A stretch of 64,000 bases of DNA from Candidatus Cybelea sp. GTDB lineage: Bacteria > Vulcanimicrobiota > Vulcanimicrobiia > Vulcanimicrobiales > Vulcanimicrobiaceae. A program made the position numbers and the translations under genes. Within the stretch, counting starts at the first letter, position 1; every line of letters begins with the position of its first letter. Positions 27,262 to 36,852 of this stretch are shown piece by piece. The notes below the pieces were generated by a model. The model saw only the letters and a list, made by a program, of their open reading frames with translations, was not told the origin of the DNA and made no database searches. The DNA is taken from contig JBAQAW010000058.1 in the NCBI GenBank assembly GCA_049285915.1, forward strand, positions 1,739 to 65,738, read 5' to 3'.

Positions 27262-28719
27262 CTACTCCGGGTCGCCGGGGCCTGAAGGCGGCTCGTGCAG
27301 GAAGTAGTCCTTGGTTTTGCTCGAGGGGATGCTGGTAAACGTTCGTGGCTGCTGGTCGTAGTTGAAGACGTTGCCGATGCTGTTTGCGCGCCGATCGGTC
27401 GTACCCAGCGAGCCGAGCTTCCAGTTCTGCTCGACGTACTTCAGGATGCTGCCGAACTCGTACTGCGTGTGCGAAACGACGCCTTGCCCGACGTACGGCG
27501 AGACGATCATCATCGGCACCCGGAAACCTAAGCCTCCCTGGTCGTCGCGTTTGCCCGGCGGCTTCACGTGATCGTACAGGCCGCCCCAATCGTCCCAGAG
27601 GACGACGATCGCGCTGCTGTTCCAGTAGCTGCTCTGCCCGATCGCGTTGACGACGCTTGCAACCCATTCGGGGCCGTTGTCGACGCTATCGCCGAGATGA
27701 TCGGAGTCGTTCTCCGAGGGAATAAGCCAGGAAACGGCGGGCAGCGCGTTATTCTGGATGTCGGTGAGGATGTTCGTCTGGGGCATCGATACGTTCGTGC
27801 CCCATTCGGGTCCGTAGCGGACCGGCGCGATGACGTCGAAGGCGTTGAGGAGCCCGCCGATGCACGTCGTGCAGGTCTCGCCTTGGCAGCCCGAGGTGCC
27901 GCTATCTTTGAAGCAGGGCGAGTAGTACTTCCAACTCACGCCGGCGGCATCGAGCAGATCGCGCATCGTCTGGTAGTTGGAGTAGCCGGAGTACCCGAAG
28001 TCCTTGGTGCAGGGCTGCGGGCCGTTATTCTCGCCCCAGGTCAGCGAAGTACTGATGAGATCGGTGACGACGTTGCTGAGCGCGTCGCAACCCCACGGAT
28101 CGCCGTCGGGCGTATCGATCATGCTCGATGAGGAACCGTACTGTCCCCCAAGGGCAGTGCCCCCGCGAATCAAATCTTGGTGTGCCGTGAAACTGCCGCT
28201 GCCCTGTGTCTGGAACGTGCGATCGGCAAGCACGTACTGGGAGGCGATGTCCCAGTAGGGCGCGATCTCCGAAGGATTGACGTAGGCGTACGCGAGCGCA
28301 TTGATCTGCTTGACGTTCTTGGGCCAGTTCCGCGGGCAGACGCCGTAGGGCTCGCGGTTGAAGCCGTCCATCTTGCCCTTATCGTAAGCGCGCATGAACG
28401 AGTAGAAGCAGTGCCCGATGTCGGTGTTGCTCTGCTTGCGCACCAGATCTTGCTCGGCCAGATTGACGCGTTTGTCGATCCAGCGGCCATTCTCGAGCAC
28501 ACGCTCTTTGCCGTATGTGACGCACGCGGTGCCCTTAAAGCAGTCGAACAGGTTATCGAAGCTACGGTTCTCTTGGATCACGATCACGACGTGCTGGATC
28601 GGTGAGTGCGAGGAGCCGGTCTGCGGAAGCAGCGCGGTCGGGGCGAGAGATATCCCGTTTGCCCCTCCGCAACCGGCCAGCGCGAGGCCAACGATCAATG
28701 CGAAGACTAGCTTTCTCAT
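27262..28719 (-). CDS. PE-A: PLC/AcpA-family phosphoesterase lipoprotein
   Basis: Trimmed to MRKLVFALIVGLALAGC. VIVIQENRSFDNLF, GSGSFTAHQDLIRGGT, DSDHLGD, VLWDDWGGLYDHV. Confidence 0.9.
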   Translation of the reverse strand: MRKLVFALIVGLALAGCGGANGISLAPTALLPQTGSSHSPIQHVVIVIQENRSFDNLFDCFKGTACVTYGKERVLENGRWIDKRVNLAEQDLVRKQSNTDIGHCFYSFMRAYDKGKMDGFNREPYGVCPRNWPKNVKQINALAYAYVNPSEIAPYWDIASQYVLADRTFQTQGSGSFTAHQDLIRGGTALGGQYGSSSSMIDTPDGDPWGCDALSNVVTDLISTSLTWGENNGPQPCTKDFGYSGYSNYQTMRDLLDAAGVSWKYYSPCFKDSGTSGCQGETCTTCIGGLLNAFDVIAPVRYGPEWGTNVSMPQTNILTDIQNNALPAVSWLIPSENDSDHLGDSVDNGPEWVASVVNAIGQSSYWNSSAIVVLWDDWGGLYDHVKPPGKRDDQGGLGFRVPMMIVSPYVGQGVVSHTQYEFGSILKYVEQNWKLGSLGTTDRRANSIGNVFNYDQQPRTFTSIPSSKTKDYFLHEPPSGPGDPE

Positions 28720-28896
28720 CCTGCGAGGGTCGTTCGTTCCGGTAAGCCGGCTTCCATGGCTCCGCTGGAAGGAGAGCGACCGGTTGCCACGCGATGACCC
28801 GAGAGGGGCCGCGGTGAAGTAGCCCGACGCTGACTGGAATCGTCGAACGCATTGGCCGGGCGGCGCGTTCTCGTTAGAGAGGAGCACTACATTGCT

Positions 28897-30264
28897 ATGC
28901 GATTGACCAGTTTCCGGATTTCATTGGTCCCGGCGGTGCTGGCGTTGGCACTTTCGGGCTGCGCGTTCGGCGCGCCGTCTTCTTCCTTACCTTACATGCA
29001 GAGCAACGCCAGCCTTATGCGTCTTAACTCGACGGGCGCGGGCAAGATCACCCACATCGTCTATATCGTTCAAGAGAACCGCAGCTTCGACAACATGTTC
29101 TACGGCTATCCGGGCGCGGACACCGCGAAGTACGGCTACACCTCGGGCAATAAGAAGGTGAAGCTGAAGCCAGTCGGCCTCGAGGCGTTCTACGTGATCG
29201 ATCACTCGGCCGACGCGATGTTCGCCGCATGCAACGCGCCATCGGGCGAGCTGCCGGGCACGCACTGCCGCATGAACGGCTTCAACAAGGAGGAACACGA
29301 AGACGGGCCGCGCGGCGTGGAGTATCCGGAGTACGTGTACGTCCCGCACAACGAGTCTGCTCCGTATTTCGACATGGCGCGCCAAGGGGTGCTGGCCGAC
29401 CGTATGTTCCAGTCGCAGCTCGACGAGAGCTTCGTCGCGCACCAATATATCATCGCGGCGCAGGCCAAGTGGTCCGTCGATCTGCCGTACGGACTATGGG
29501 GTTGCGAGCAGCCGGGGGTGAAGATTCAGACGATCACCAAGCAGCGGACCTACGGGCCCTCCGAGCCCGTCTGCTTCGACTATCAAACCCTGGGTGACGA
29601 GCTCGATAAAGCGCACCTGTCGTGGCGCTTCTACGCTAGCCAGTACGGCAGCGCGTCGAGCGGCGACGGCGGCACGTGGTCGAGCTATGAGGCCGTGCGC
29701 CATATTTACGACGGGCCGGACTGGAAGAGAGACGTCATCTCGCCGAATTGGAAGTTCATCACCGACGTCAAGGCGGGAAAGCTGGCGAACTTTACCTGGA
29801 TTACGCCGGTCTGCGACGACTCCGACCACGTCAACTGCTACGGTGGGTACGGTCCGTCGTGGGTCGCGGCGTTGGTCAATACGGTCGGTAAGAGCAAGTT
29901 CTGGAACTCGACGGCGATATTCATTCAGTGGGACGACTGGGGCGGGCTCTACGATCACGTCGCGCCCGCCTATCTCGATCGCGATAGCCTCGGCTTCCGG
30001 GTTCCGCTGATCGTGATGTCGCCGTACGCGATCGCGGGCACCGTTTCGCACACGCACTACGAAACGGCGAGCGTGCTGCGATTTGCCGAGGATCTGTGGG
30101 GGCTCAAGCAGCTCGCCCCGGCGGACCGGCGCGCGAACTCGCCGGCGGATGCCTTCAACTTCAACCAAGCACCGCGCAAGTTCATCCATATCAAGGCTCC
30201 GCTGCCGCCGAAGTTCTTCATGCACCAGTTCCCCAACGACTACTTCGCCCCCGACTACGAATAG
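28897..30264 (+). CDS. PE-B: PLC/AcpA-family phosphoesterase lipoprotein
   Basis: Trimmed to MRLTSFRISLVPAVLALALSGC after GAGAGGAG. GAGKITHIVYIVQENRSFDNMF, DESFVAHQYIIAAQA, DSDHVNCYGGYGPSWV, IQWDDWGGLYDHVAP. Confidence 0.9.
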   Translation: MRLTSFRISLVPAVLALALSGCAFGAPSSSLPYMQSNASLMRLNSTGAGKITHIVYIVQENRSFDNMFYGYPGADTAKYGYTSGNKKVKLKPVGLEAFYVIDHSADAMFAACNAPSGELPGTHCRMNGFNKEEHEDGPRGVEYPEYVYVPHNESAPYFDMARQGVLADRMFQSQLDESFVAHQYIIAAQAKWSVDLPYGLWGCEQPGVKIQTITKQRTYGPSEPVCFDYQTLGDELDKAHLSWRFYASQYGSASSGDGGTWSSYEAVRHIYDGPDWKRDVISPNWKFITDVKAGKLANFTWITPVCDDSDHVNCYGGYGPSWVAALVNTVGKSKFWNSTAIFIQWDDWGGLYDHVAPAYLDRDSLGFRVPLIVMSPYAIAGTVSHTHYETASVLRFAEDLWGLKQLAPADRRANSPADAFNFNQAPRKFIHIKAPLPPKFFMHQFPNDYFAPDYE

Positions 30265-30277
30265 GGTGTAGGCAGAG

Positions 30278-31144
30278 ATGCTGCCGCTCAGCGACGCGAT
30301 GCCCGTCTTCTGGCGGCTGTGGGCCTCCACCGAGGGGCAGCCGGCAAAGCGGGTGCGCGCCTTCAAGGAAGAGATCGTGATGCCGAATCTCGCCGTTTAC
30401 GCCGACGGCGAGTTCGGCCACGACCTGCTCGACGACGCCACGATCGGCGCGTATCTCGAGCGACTCGAGCCGATCGTTCCCCAGATGCGAACCGTCAGCC
30501 GGCGGCTGGCGCAGCAGCTGCCACCGATCATCGACGCTTTTCAGAAATCGCTGCCGGACTTCAAGACGGACAACATCGTCATCTATATGCTTCCGTCGTT
30601 CTTTCATTTCAACGCGCAGACGCACGACATCGGCAAGAAGATCGGGCTGCTCCTGGGGATCGACGGCATCGTACGTTTCGACGGAGTCGATGCGAACGTC
30701 GGCGTCGACGTCTCGCACGAGCTCTTTCATCTCTATCAGTTTCAGATGCAGCCGAACCTTAACCGAAACACCACGAAGCTGTGGCAGGCCGTCTGGGTGG
30801 AAGGTTCGGCGACTTATGCGAGTCAGGTCCTCACCCCAGGCGCGACGGAGGCTGAGGCGCTGATGAGTCCGGCGCTCTCGAATACGGATCCCACCACGGT
30901 CAGCGCATTGGCCTGCGCGATTTCGGCGAAGTGGGATTCGCAAGAAGGCGGCGACATGGAGTTGTTTTTGGATGGAGGTAAGCATCCGGCGAATCTCCCC
31001 CCTCGCGGAGGCTACCTCATCGGATATTTGGTCGCGAGCGATCTCGGCAAGACGTATTCGCTCGCGCAGACCGGGAAGCTCACCGGTGTGGAACTGGAGG
31101 GCTTGATCCGCCCGCGAGTGCAGGCGCTGTGCAAGACGAGTTAG
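30278..31144 (+). CDS. Putative Zn-metalloprotease-like protein (HExxH; DUF2268-like)
   Basis: VSHELFHLYQ followed by WVEGSATY. No signal peptide seen. Family call from memory of the motif pattern only. Confidence 0.5.
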   Translation: MLPLSDAMPVFWRLWASTEGQPAKRVRAFKEEIVMPNLAVYADGEFGHDLLDDATIGAYLERLEPIVPQMRTVSRRLAQQLPPIIDAFQKSLPDFKTDNIVIYMLPSFFHFNAQTHDIGKKIGLLLGIDGIVRFDGVDANVGVDVSHELFHLYQFQMQPNLNRNTTKLWQAVWVEGSATYASQVLTPGATEAEALMSPALSNTDPTTVSALACAISAKWDSQEGGDMELFLDGGKHPANLPPRGGYLIGYLVASDLGKTYSLAQTGKLTGVELEGLIRPRVQALCKTS

Positions 31145-31199
31145 GGCGCAAAGGGCCAGCGATGCGGAGATTCTTGCGCGATTTGTCTTCGACGGTCGG

Positions 31200-31526
31200 T
31201 TGAAGACGATTCCGGCGGCCAAGAAGAAGCGCATGATCGTTTTGAAGTGGCTGGCCACATTGTTCGAGCGGGGACGGACCTACCACGAGAAAGAAGTCAG
31301 CGACATGTTGCGCGGCGCGAAAGAATTCGTGATCCGGCTCCCTCGGCGAGCCAGGCGAGCACGCCGGCGCGCGAGCAAGTTGACGTGGCTCCGACGTGCC
31401 GCGTTCGCTGCTCTAGATAGCAACCTAGCTCATCTTTCGTCCTACGACTTCGCTCGCTGCGCTCGTTTCGCTTACAGTGACACGTATGGAGCGGTGCAAG
31501 CGGCTGGGTCTGCCCGCCGTAAATAA
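31200..31526 (+). CDS. DUF2087-like fragment (possibly a truncated or decayed gene)
   Basis: In-frame FVFDGRLKTIPAAKKKRMIVLKWLATLFERGRTYHEKEVSDML resembles DUF2087. It is followed by an Arg-rich non-family tail. Only a TTG start is available. Confidence 0.3.
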   Translation: MKTIPAAKKKRMIVLKWLATLFERGRTYHEKEVSDMLRGAKEFVIRLPRRARRARRRASKLTWLRRAAFAALDSNLAHLSSYDFARCARFAYSDTYGAVQAAGSARRK

Positions 31527-31614
31527 GGTGACTTAATTTAACCTGGGAAGGTTACGTGTGCGCCGCCTCCTAAAGGGGGTGGCTACAGCTACACCTACTT
31601 TATTGAGGTCGATA

Positions 31615-32796
31615 ATGTCGTTTAGAAATAGTCGCGCGTTAGTGGCCTTAGCCATCGCGTCCATGGTGATGACCGCCTGCGGCGGCGCCGGAATGACCAG
31701 CATTCCCGCAAGCCAACCGTTAATGGGTAATGCCCAGCACTTCCTTGATTCCGGCGGCGTCATGCCCGCCGACTCGACATCCATCCTAAAGAAACTGAAG
31801 AAGGACGTAACCATCGGCTCGACCGTGGATCCGAAAAACGGAGACAAGGGCCCGCGAGCGATCAGCGTCGTCATGGGTAACAACGGGAAGCTGAAGAGGA
31901 ATCAGATTCTCGTTTGCAACTTCGAGGACTCGAAAGGCAACGCCGGTCAGGGTACGACCATCGAGCAGTTCTCGCCGACCCCGAATTCTAAGCCGACGAC
32001 GTTCGTGCAGAGCTCCAAGCTCGCAGGATGCAACGGCACGGCGATTACTTCCGGCGAGCAAGTCTATGCCACCGGCATGACCAGCAAGGTCATGGTCTGG
32101 ATCAACCAATCCGGCCAGATCAAGAAGACGTACGGCAAGCCGATTACGATGCCGCTCGCGGATGTGGAAACGCCGCAGCTCTACCTCTACTCGCCCATCT
32201 ATATCTTCGTCGGCAACGGCGATACCGGGACCGTCGATACCCTTAGCCTTGGCGGCTATGGCACGGGCAACGTGAAGGAAGTGATCGACGGCTTCCCGGT
32301 CAACAAAGGCTCGGGCTGGGACGCACAGGGGCCGTCGGGCTTCGCGTACTGGTGCGGCTCGCTTCCCGGAGCGCTGCAGTGCAAGAACAAGGCGGATGTG
32401 ATGTACTTGGCCGACGGCGATTGCAATGCGATCGTGTCGATCGACCACGCCAGCAGTCTGCTCGTGAAAGACGAGATCACGGTCGGTGCCGGCTGCAAGA
32501 CGTTCAAGTGCAAGTATCCCAGCACGACCTGCGGCAAACTGGTGAAGGCCGGCTCGCCGCTGAACAAGCCGTTCGCGGCAACGATCCTACCCAACGGCAA
32601 CATGGTGGTTGCCAACACCGCAAACAACACGCTGGTCGAGCTGATGCCCAGCGGTAAGGTGTTGGCCACGAAGGTCGTCGACAAGAGTAAGACGCCAGGT
32701 ATATGGGGCCTCTTCGCGATCGGCAAGAGCGATAGCAGCACGGCCATCTACTACACCGATACGAATAGCGACGAACTCCACGAACTGGAGCAGTAG
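31615..32796 (+). CDS. BP3: beta-propeller-like lipoprotein, tandem copy 1
   Basis: Trimmed to MSFRNSRALVALAIASMVMTAC. Shares long identical strings with 32818..34005. Confidence 0.75.
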   Translation: MSFRNSRALVALAIASMVMTACGGAGMTSIPASQPLMGNAQHFLDSGGVMPADSTSILKKLKKDVTIGSTVDPKNGDKGPRAISVVMGNNGKLKRNQILVCNFEDSKGNAGQGTTIEQFSPTPNSKPTTFVQSSKLAGCNGTAITSGEQVYATGMTSKVMVWINQSGQIKKTYGKPITMPLADVETPQLYLYSPIYIFVGNGDTGTVDTLSLGGYGTGNVKEVIDGFPVNKGSGWDAQGPSGFAYWCGSLPGALQCKNKADVMYLADGDCNAIVSIDHASSLLVKDEITVGAGCKTFKCKYPSTTCGKLVKAGSPLNKPFAATILPNGNMVVANTANNTLVELMPSGKVLATKVVDKSKTPGIWGLFAIGKSDSSTAIYYTDTNSDELHELEQ

Positions 32797-32817
32797 CACT
32801 CGAAGAAAGGGCGTGTC

Positions 32818-34005
32818 ATGGAGCTTCGTAACGCCGGCCGGTTCGCTTTAGCCGCCTCTCTCGTTACGTTCTCCGCGTGCGGCGGAGGCGGCGTCGCGCC
32901 GAACGGGCCGGCGCTCTCCGCCCTCCCGACTTCTCAAGGGGCCTCAGCATCTGCCGATGCGAGGCCTTTTGATTCGACGTCGATCCTCAAGAAGCTGACG
33001 AAGGACGTAACGATCGGTTCGACGGTGGATTCGAAAAACGGAGACAAGGGCCCGCGCGCGATCAGCGTCGTCATGGGGAACAACGGGAGGCTGAAGAAGA
33101 ATCAGATTCTCGTCTGCAACTTCGACGACTCCAAAGGCAACGCCGGCGGCGGGACGACGATCGAACAGTTCTCGCCGACCCCAAACTCCAAGCCGACGAG
33201 GTTCTTTCAAAGCTCGAAAATCGAGGGCTGCGACGGTGACGCGATCACTGCAGGCGAATCGGTCTATGCGGCAGGGATGACCAGTGGGCTGGTGGTGTGG
33301 ATCAACCAGAACGGGAAGCTGAAGAAGACCTTCGGTAAGCCGATCACGATGCCGATCGCGGATTCGGAAGCCCCGCAACTCTACGACTATTCGTCGGAAT
33401 ACATCTTCGTCGGCAACGGCGACACGGGAGCGGTCGATAGCTTCAGCCTCGGCGGGTACGGGACGGGCCATCCGACGGAGATCATCAACGGGTTTCCGGT
33501 GAACAAGGGCTCCGGCTGGAAGGCGCAAGGTCCGTCGGGGTTTGCCTATTGGTGCGGATCGCTTCCCGGCGAGTTGCGATGCGCTACACATAAAGGTACG
33601 GCCGATACGTTGTACGTCGCCGACGGCGATTGTAACGCAATCGTGGCGATCGACCACGCCAGCAGCCTGCTCGTCAAAGACGAGATCACGGTTGGTGCCG
33701 GCTGCAAGCGCTTCACCTGCCTCTATTCAAGCACGACCTGCGGCAGGCTCGTGAAGGCGGGCTCTCCATTGAACAAACCCTTCGCTGCGGCTATCCTGCC
33801 CAACGGCAACATGGTAGTTGCCAACAGCGGGAACAACACGCTGGTCGAATTGATGCCGAGCGGCAAGGTATTGGCCACGAAGGTCGTGGACAAGAGCAAG
33901 ACGCCGGGGATATGGGGCCTCTTCGCGATCGGCAAGAGCGATAGCAATACGGCCATCTACTATACGGACACGAACAGCAACGAGCTCCACGAACTGGAGC
34001 AGTAA
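32818..34005 (+). CDS. BP3: beta-propeller-like lipoprotein, tandem copy 2
   Basis: Lipobox TFSAC. Identical strings with copy 1 include KNGDKGPRAISVVMGNNG, GTTIEQFSPTPNSKPT, AQGPSGFAYWCGSLPG, IDHASSLLVKDEITVGAGCK and NNTLVELMPSGKVLATKVVDKSKTPGIWGLFAIGKSDS. Confidence 0.75.
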   Translation: MELRNAGRFALAASLVTFSACGGGGVAPNGPALSALPTSQGASASADARPFDSTSILKKLTKDVTIGSTVDSKNGDKGPRAISVVMGNNGRLKKNQILVCNFDDSKGNAGGGTTIEQFSPTPNSKPTRFFQSSKIEGCDGDAITAGESVYAAGMTSGLVVWINQNGKLKKTFGKPITMPIADSEAPQLYDYSSEYIFVGNGDTGAVDSFSLGGYGTGHPTEIINGFPVNKGSGWKAQGPSGFAYWCGSLPGELRCATHKGTADTLYVADGDCNAIVAIDHASSLLVKDEITVGAGCKRFTCLYSSTTCGRLVKAGSPLNKPFAAAILPNGNMVVANSGNNTLVELMPSGKVLATKVVDKSKTPGIWGLFAIGKSDSNTAIYYTDTNSNELHELEQ

Positions 34006-34030
34006 CATAATCTAAGAAGGGGGTGGAGCG

Positions 34031-35320
34031 ATGGAGCGCTCCCTTTTCGGTTTAACGGCGATGGTGCTGGCCGCGGTACTTTGCGGTTGCGGCGGGATGC
34101 AAGGATCGGGCGGCGCGCCGGGCAGCGCCCTCCCTGGGGGCAGTGGCTTCGGCGTTTCGCGAGCGACGAGCTCGGGAAGTCCGATTCAGCACGTCGTGAT
34201 CATGGTGCAAGAGGCGCGCAGCTTTAACGCGATCTTTGGAACGACTAAGATTGCGAAGGCGCGAGCCGGCAAAGGCAAGCATTCACACACGATCACCATT
34301 AGGCTGCGGAAAGTCGGCTTCAACGCGAAGGGACCGTCGAAAACATTGCACGATGCGTACCTTCGCGATCTGGGCAACGGCAAGATGGACGGATTCTATG
34401 AGGAGAACGGCCGCGTCGCCTACGAGTACCTCGACCCCGCCGTGATTCGACCCTATTCGGCGATTTCGTCCGACTACGCCGTGGCCGACCGCATGTTCGA
34501 GACGCAGGGGAGCGGCGACTTCACCGCCCATCAAGATCTTATTCGCGGCGGAACCGAGATTAGCTCGAAGGCAAGCGTCATCGACATTCCGAGCGGTGTG
34601 CCCTGGGGCTGCGACGCCCCGCCCGGTATAACGACGAATCTCATTACAACCAGTGGGCGATACGAGGCGCGCGGCGGTCCGTTCCCATGCTTTACTTACG
34701 ATACCTTGCAGACGCGGTTCGATCGAAAATCAATTGCATGGAAATATTACGTACCATCGTGGCGTTCCGATGTATCCTTATCTTGGAACGCCTTCGCTGC
34801 GATCAAGGCCGTGGCCGATAATAAGCGCGAGTGGAACGCGCACATCTCGTCACCGGAGACCAACGTACTGAGCGATATCGCCAATGGCGAGCTGCCGGCC
34901 GTATCGTGGGTGATCCCCTCCGCGCCAAACTCCGATCTTCCGAACTATCCGCACGCCTCCGGTGGCCCGAGTTGGATCGCCGCGGTCGTCAACGCCGTCG
35001 GGCAGAGCAAGTATTGGGACTCGACGGCGATCGTTATCGTTTGGGACGACTGGGGCGGCTTCTACGACCCCGTTCCGCCGCCGAATCGCGACGACCAAGG
35101 CGGCCCCGGGTTCCGGGTGCCGATGCTCGTGGTCTCGCCCTATACGCCGCAAGGCTACGTCTCGCACACGGTCTATGGCTTCGGCAGCATCATTCGCTTC
35201 GTCGAGGAGACGTTCGGCCTCAAACCGCTGGGGACGACCGACGAGACGTCGAACAGCATGAAGGACATGTTCGACTTCAATCAGTCGCCGCGGCCGTTCG
35301 AGCAGATTCCATCGAAGTAG
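34031..35320 (+). CDS. PE-A-derived paralog with substituted catalytic motifs (candidate pseudo-enzyme)
   Basis: Lipobox VLCGC. Full-length PE fold motifs are retained (WGCDAPPG, WKYY, GPSWI, VIVWDDWGGFYDPV, GFRVPMLVVSPY). However QENRSF is QEARSF, GSGSFTAHQ is GSGDFTAHQ, and SDHPG is SDLPN. Confidence 0.8.
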   Translation: MERSLFGLTAMVLAAVLCGCGGMQGSGGAPGSALPGGSGFGVSRATSSGSPIQHVVIMVQEARSFNAIFGTTKIAKARAGKGKHSHTITIRLRKVGFNAKGPSKTLHDAYLRDLGNGKMDGFYEENGRVAYEYLDPAVIRPYSAISSDYAVADRMFETQGSGDFTAHQDLIRGGTEISSKASVIDIPSGVPWGCDAPPGITTNLITTSGRYEARGGPFPCFTYDTLQTRFDRKSIAWKYYVPSWRSDVSLSWNAFAAIKAVADNKREWNAHISSPETNVLSDIANGELPAVSWVIPSAPNSDLPNYPHASGGPSWIAAVVNAVGQSKYWDSTAIVIVWDDWGGFYDPVPPPNRDDQGGPGFRVPMLVVSPYTPQGYVSHTVYGFGSIIRFVEETFGLKPLGTTDETSNSMKDMFDFNQSPRPFEQIPSK

Positions 35321-35330
35321 GGGAGCCAAC

Positions 35331-36320
35331 GTGACCGGATTTCGAATCTTCGCGGCCGGAATTTCACTGGCCGTGGCGACCGGCTGCGGCGGGTCCGCGG
35401 GAGGCGTCGTACCCGACGGTCCTTTCGGCGCAGTAACGCGAGCCGTGCATCGCGATCGCGGCGCGTCGTGGATGGATCACGACGCCGTCAGCCGAGCTAG
35501 GCTTCTCTACGTCACGGATGTGCTCGACGGCGACGTCTACGTGCTCTCGCTTCCAACTGGAAAGCTGGTTGGGAAGCTCACAGGCTTCAACCGCCCCACT
35601 GGCGACTGCGTCGACGGGCAGGGGAACGTGTTCGTCGCAGACTCGCAAGACGGGAGTATTCGTGAGTTTCACCACGGAGCGAAAGAGCCGTCCAACGTGC
35701 TGAACGACAGCGGCTATACTCCATTGGGGTGCTCGGTCGATCCCGTCTCCGGAAACCTCGCCGTTACGAATTCGACCGGCAACCGGAATCGGTCAGGGGC
35801 GGGGAACGTGGCGATCTACAAAAAAGCAAAAGGCGCACCGAGGTACTATTCCGACAAGAGTATCAAGGAATACGGTTTCTGCGCGTACGACACGCTGGGA
35901 AACCTCTACTTCAATGCGGCCACTCCGGTATTGCTCGCAGAGTTGCCGAGGGCAGCGAAGACGTTCGTTAGGCTCAATCTCGATCATGGTAACGGCGAAG
36001 CCGAAGGCGCGATGCAATGGGATGGTAAGCACCTCGCGATTGGCATTGGCACCAGGACGATCTACGAATACGCAATCCAGGGAGACAAAGGGATCGAGAC
36101 CGGTTCGACCCAGCTTGGAAATTCGACAAGCGTCCTCGGTTTTTGGATTTCCGGAGCGAGGGTCTACGCGCCGGTTTATGAGAACAGCCTCGGGAGCGTC
36201 GGCGTCTATCGGTATCCCGCCGGAGGAAAGGCCAAGCAGCAATACTACGCGGTCATCAATCCGTGGAGCGCGACGCTGAGCGTTAAACAGGAGAGCCAGC
36301 GCAGCGGCGCTCACTTATAA
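35331..36320 (+). CDS. BP1: beta-propeller lipoprotein, 10 nt downstream of the degenerate PE gene
   Basis: GTG 5 nt after GGGAG. Lipobox AVATGC. LLYVTDVLDGDVYVLSLPTG, DCVDGQGNVFVAD, GCSVDPVSGNLAVTN, FCAYDTLGNLYFN, MQWDGK, VYRYPAGG. Confidence 0.8.
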   Translation: MTGFRIFAAGISLAVATGCGGSAGGVVPDGPFGAVTRAVHRDRGASWMDHDAVSRARLLYVTDVLDGDVYVLSLPTGKLVGKLTGFNRPTGDCVDGQGNVFVADSQDGSIREFHHGAKEPSNVLNDSGYTPLGCSVDPVSGNLAVTNSTGNRNRSGAGNVAIYKKAKGAPRYYSDKSIKEYGFCAYDTLGNLYFNAATPVLLAELPRAAKTFVRLNLDHGNGEAEGAMQWDGKHLAIGIGTRTIYEYAIQGDKGIETGSTQLGNSTSVLGFWISGARVYAPVYENSLGSVGVYRYPAGGKAKQQYYAVINPWSATLSVKQESQRSGAHL

Positions 36321-36335
36321 CGATACGACGCGTCG

Positions 36336-36767
36336 TTATTTTCCGGTGATGTGAATTTTCAAGATCGCGATCGGCGGGCTTCCCGTGTTGTTGAGGATCG
36401 CGGTGAAGCTGCAATCGTCTGGGCCGGCGCTCTGCGCTTGGAACCAGTACTCGACGTGGACATACTTCTTTGGGTTGCCCCACTGCCGGTGCGGTGTCGT
36501 AGCTATCTCGCCGGCGTTTTTGCAGTAGACCGGCAGCGTGTAGTAGCCGTCTGGCCCGAAGTACGATAGTTCGGCGCGCGCGTGTTTTGTCGAAGGATAG
36601 CGGAGACGCACGGCGTTCTTATTCCACGTAATGTTCCCACTGTAGTTTAGCTTCGCGCGTTGGACGGTCCCAACGTCCGACTGCGCGGCGGGCGGGTTGG
36701 CGGGCTGCGATGCGCTGCAGGCCGTCGACGCGGCGGCTAGTAGGGCGGGAAGAAGTCTTCTCATCAT
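36336..36767 (-). CDS. Hypothetical lipoprotein
   Basis: Trimmed to MMRRLLPALLAAASTAC. No family recognised. Confidence 0.5.
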   Translation of the reverse strand: MMRRLLPALLAAASTACSASQPANPPAAQSDVGTVQRAKLNYSGNITWNKNAVRLRYPSTKHARAELSYFGPDGYYTLPVYCKNAGEIATTPHRQWGNPKKYVHVEYWFQAQSAGPDDCSFTAILNNTGSPPIAILKIHITGK

Positions 36768-36794
36768 CTTGCGTGCGTGCTTTTTGCCGGCGGT

Positions 36795-36830
36795 CCTTCG
36801 ACTCCGCTTCGTTCCGCTCAAGATGACAGG
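36795..36830 (+). repeat. Dispersed repeat, long form (CCTTCGAC-N14-CTCAAGATGACAGG)
   Basis: Parallels the 14039..14073 copy. Confidence 0.6.
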
Positions 36831-36852
36831 CGGGGCGCCGCGCGGCGCCGCG

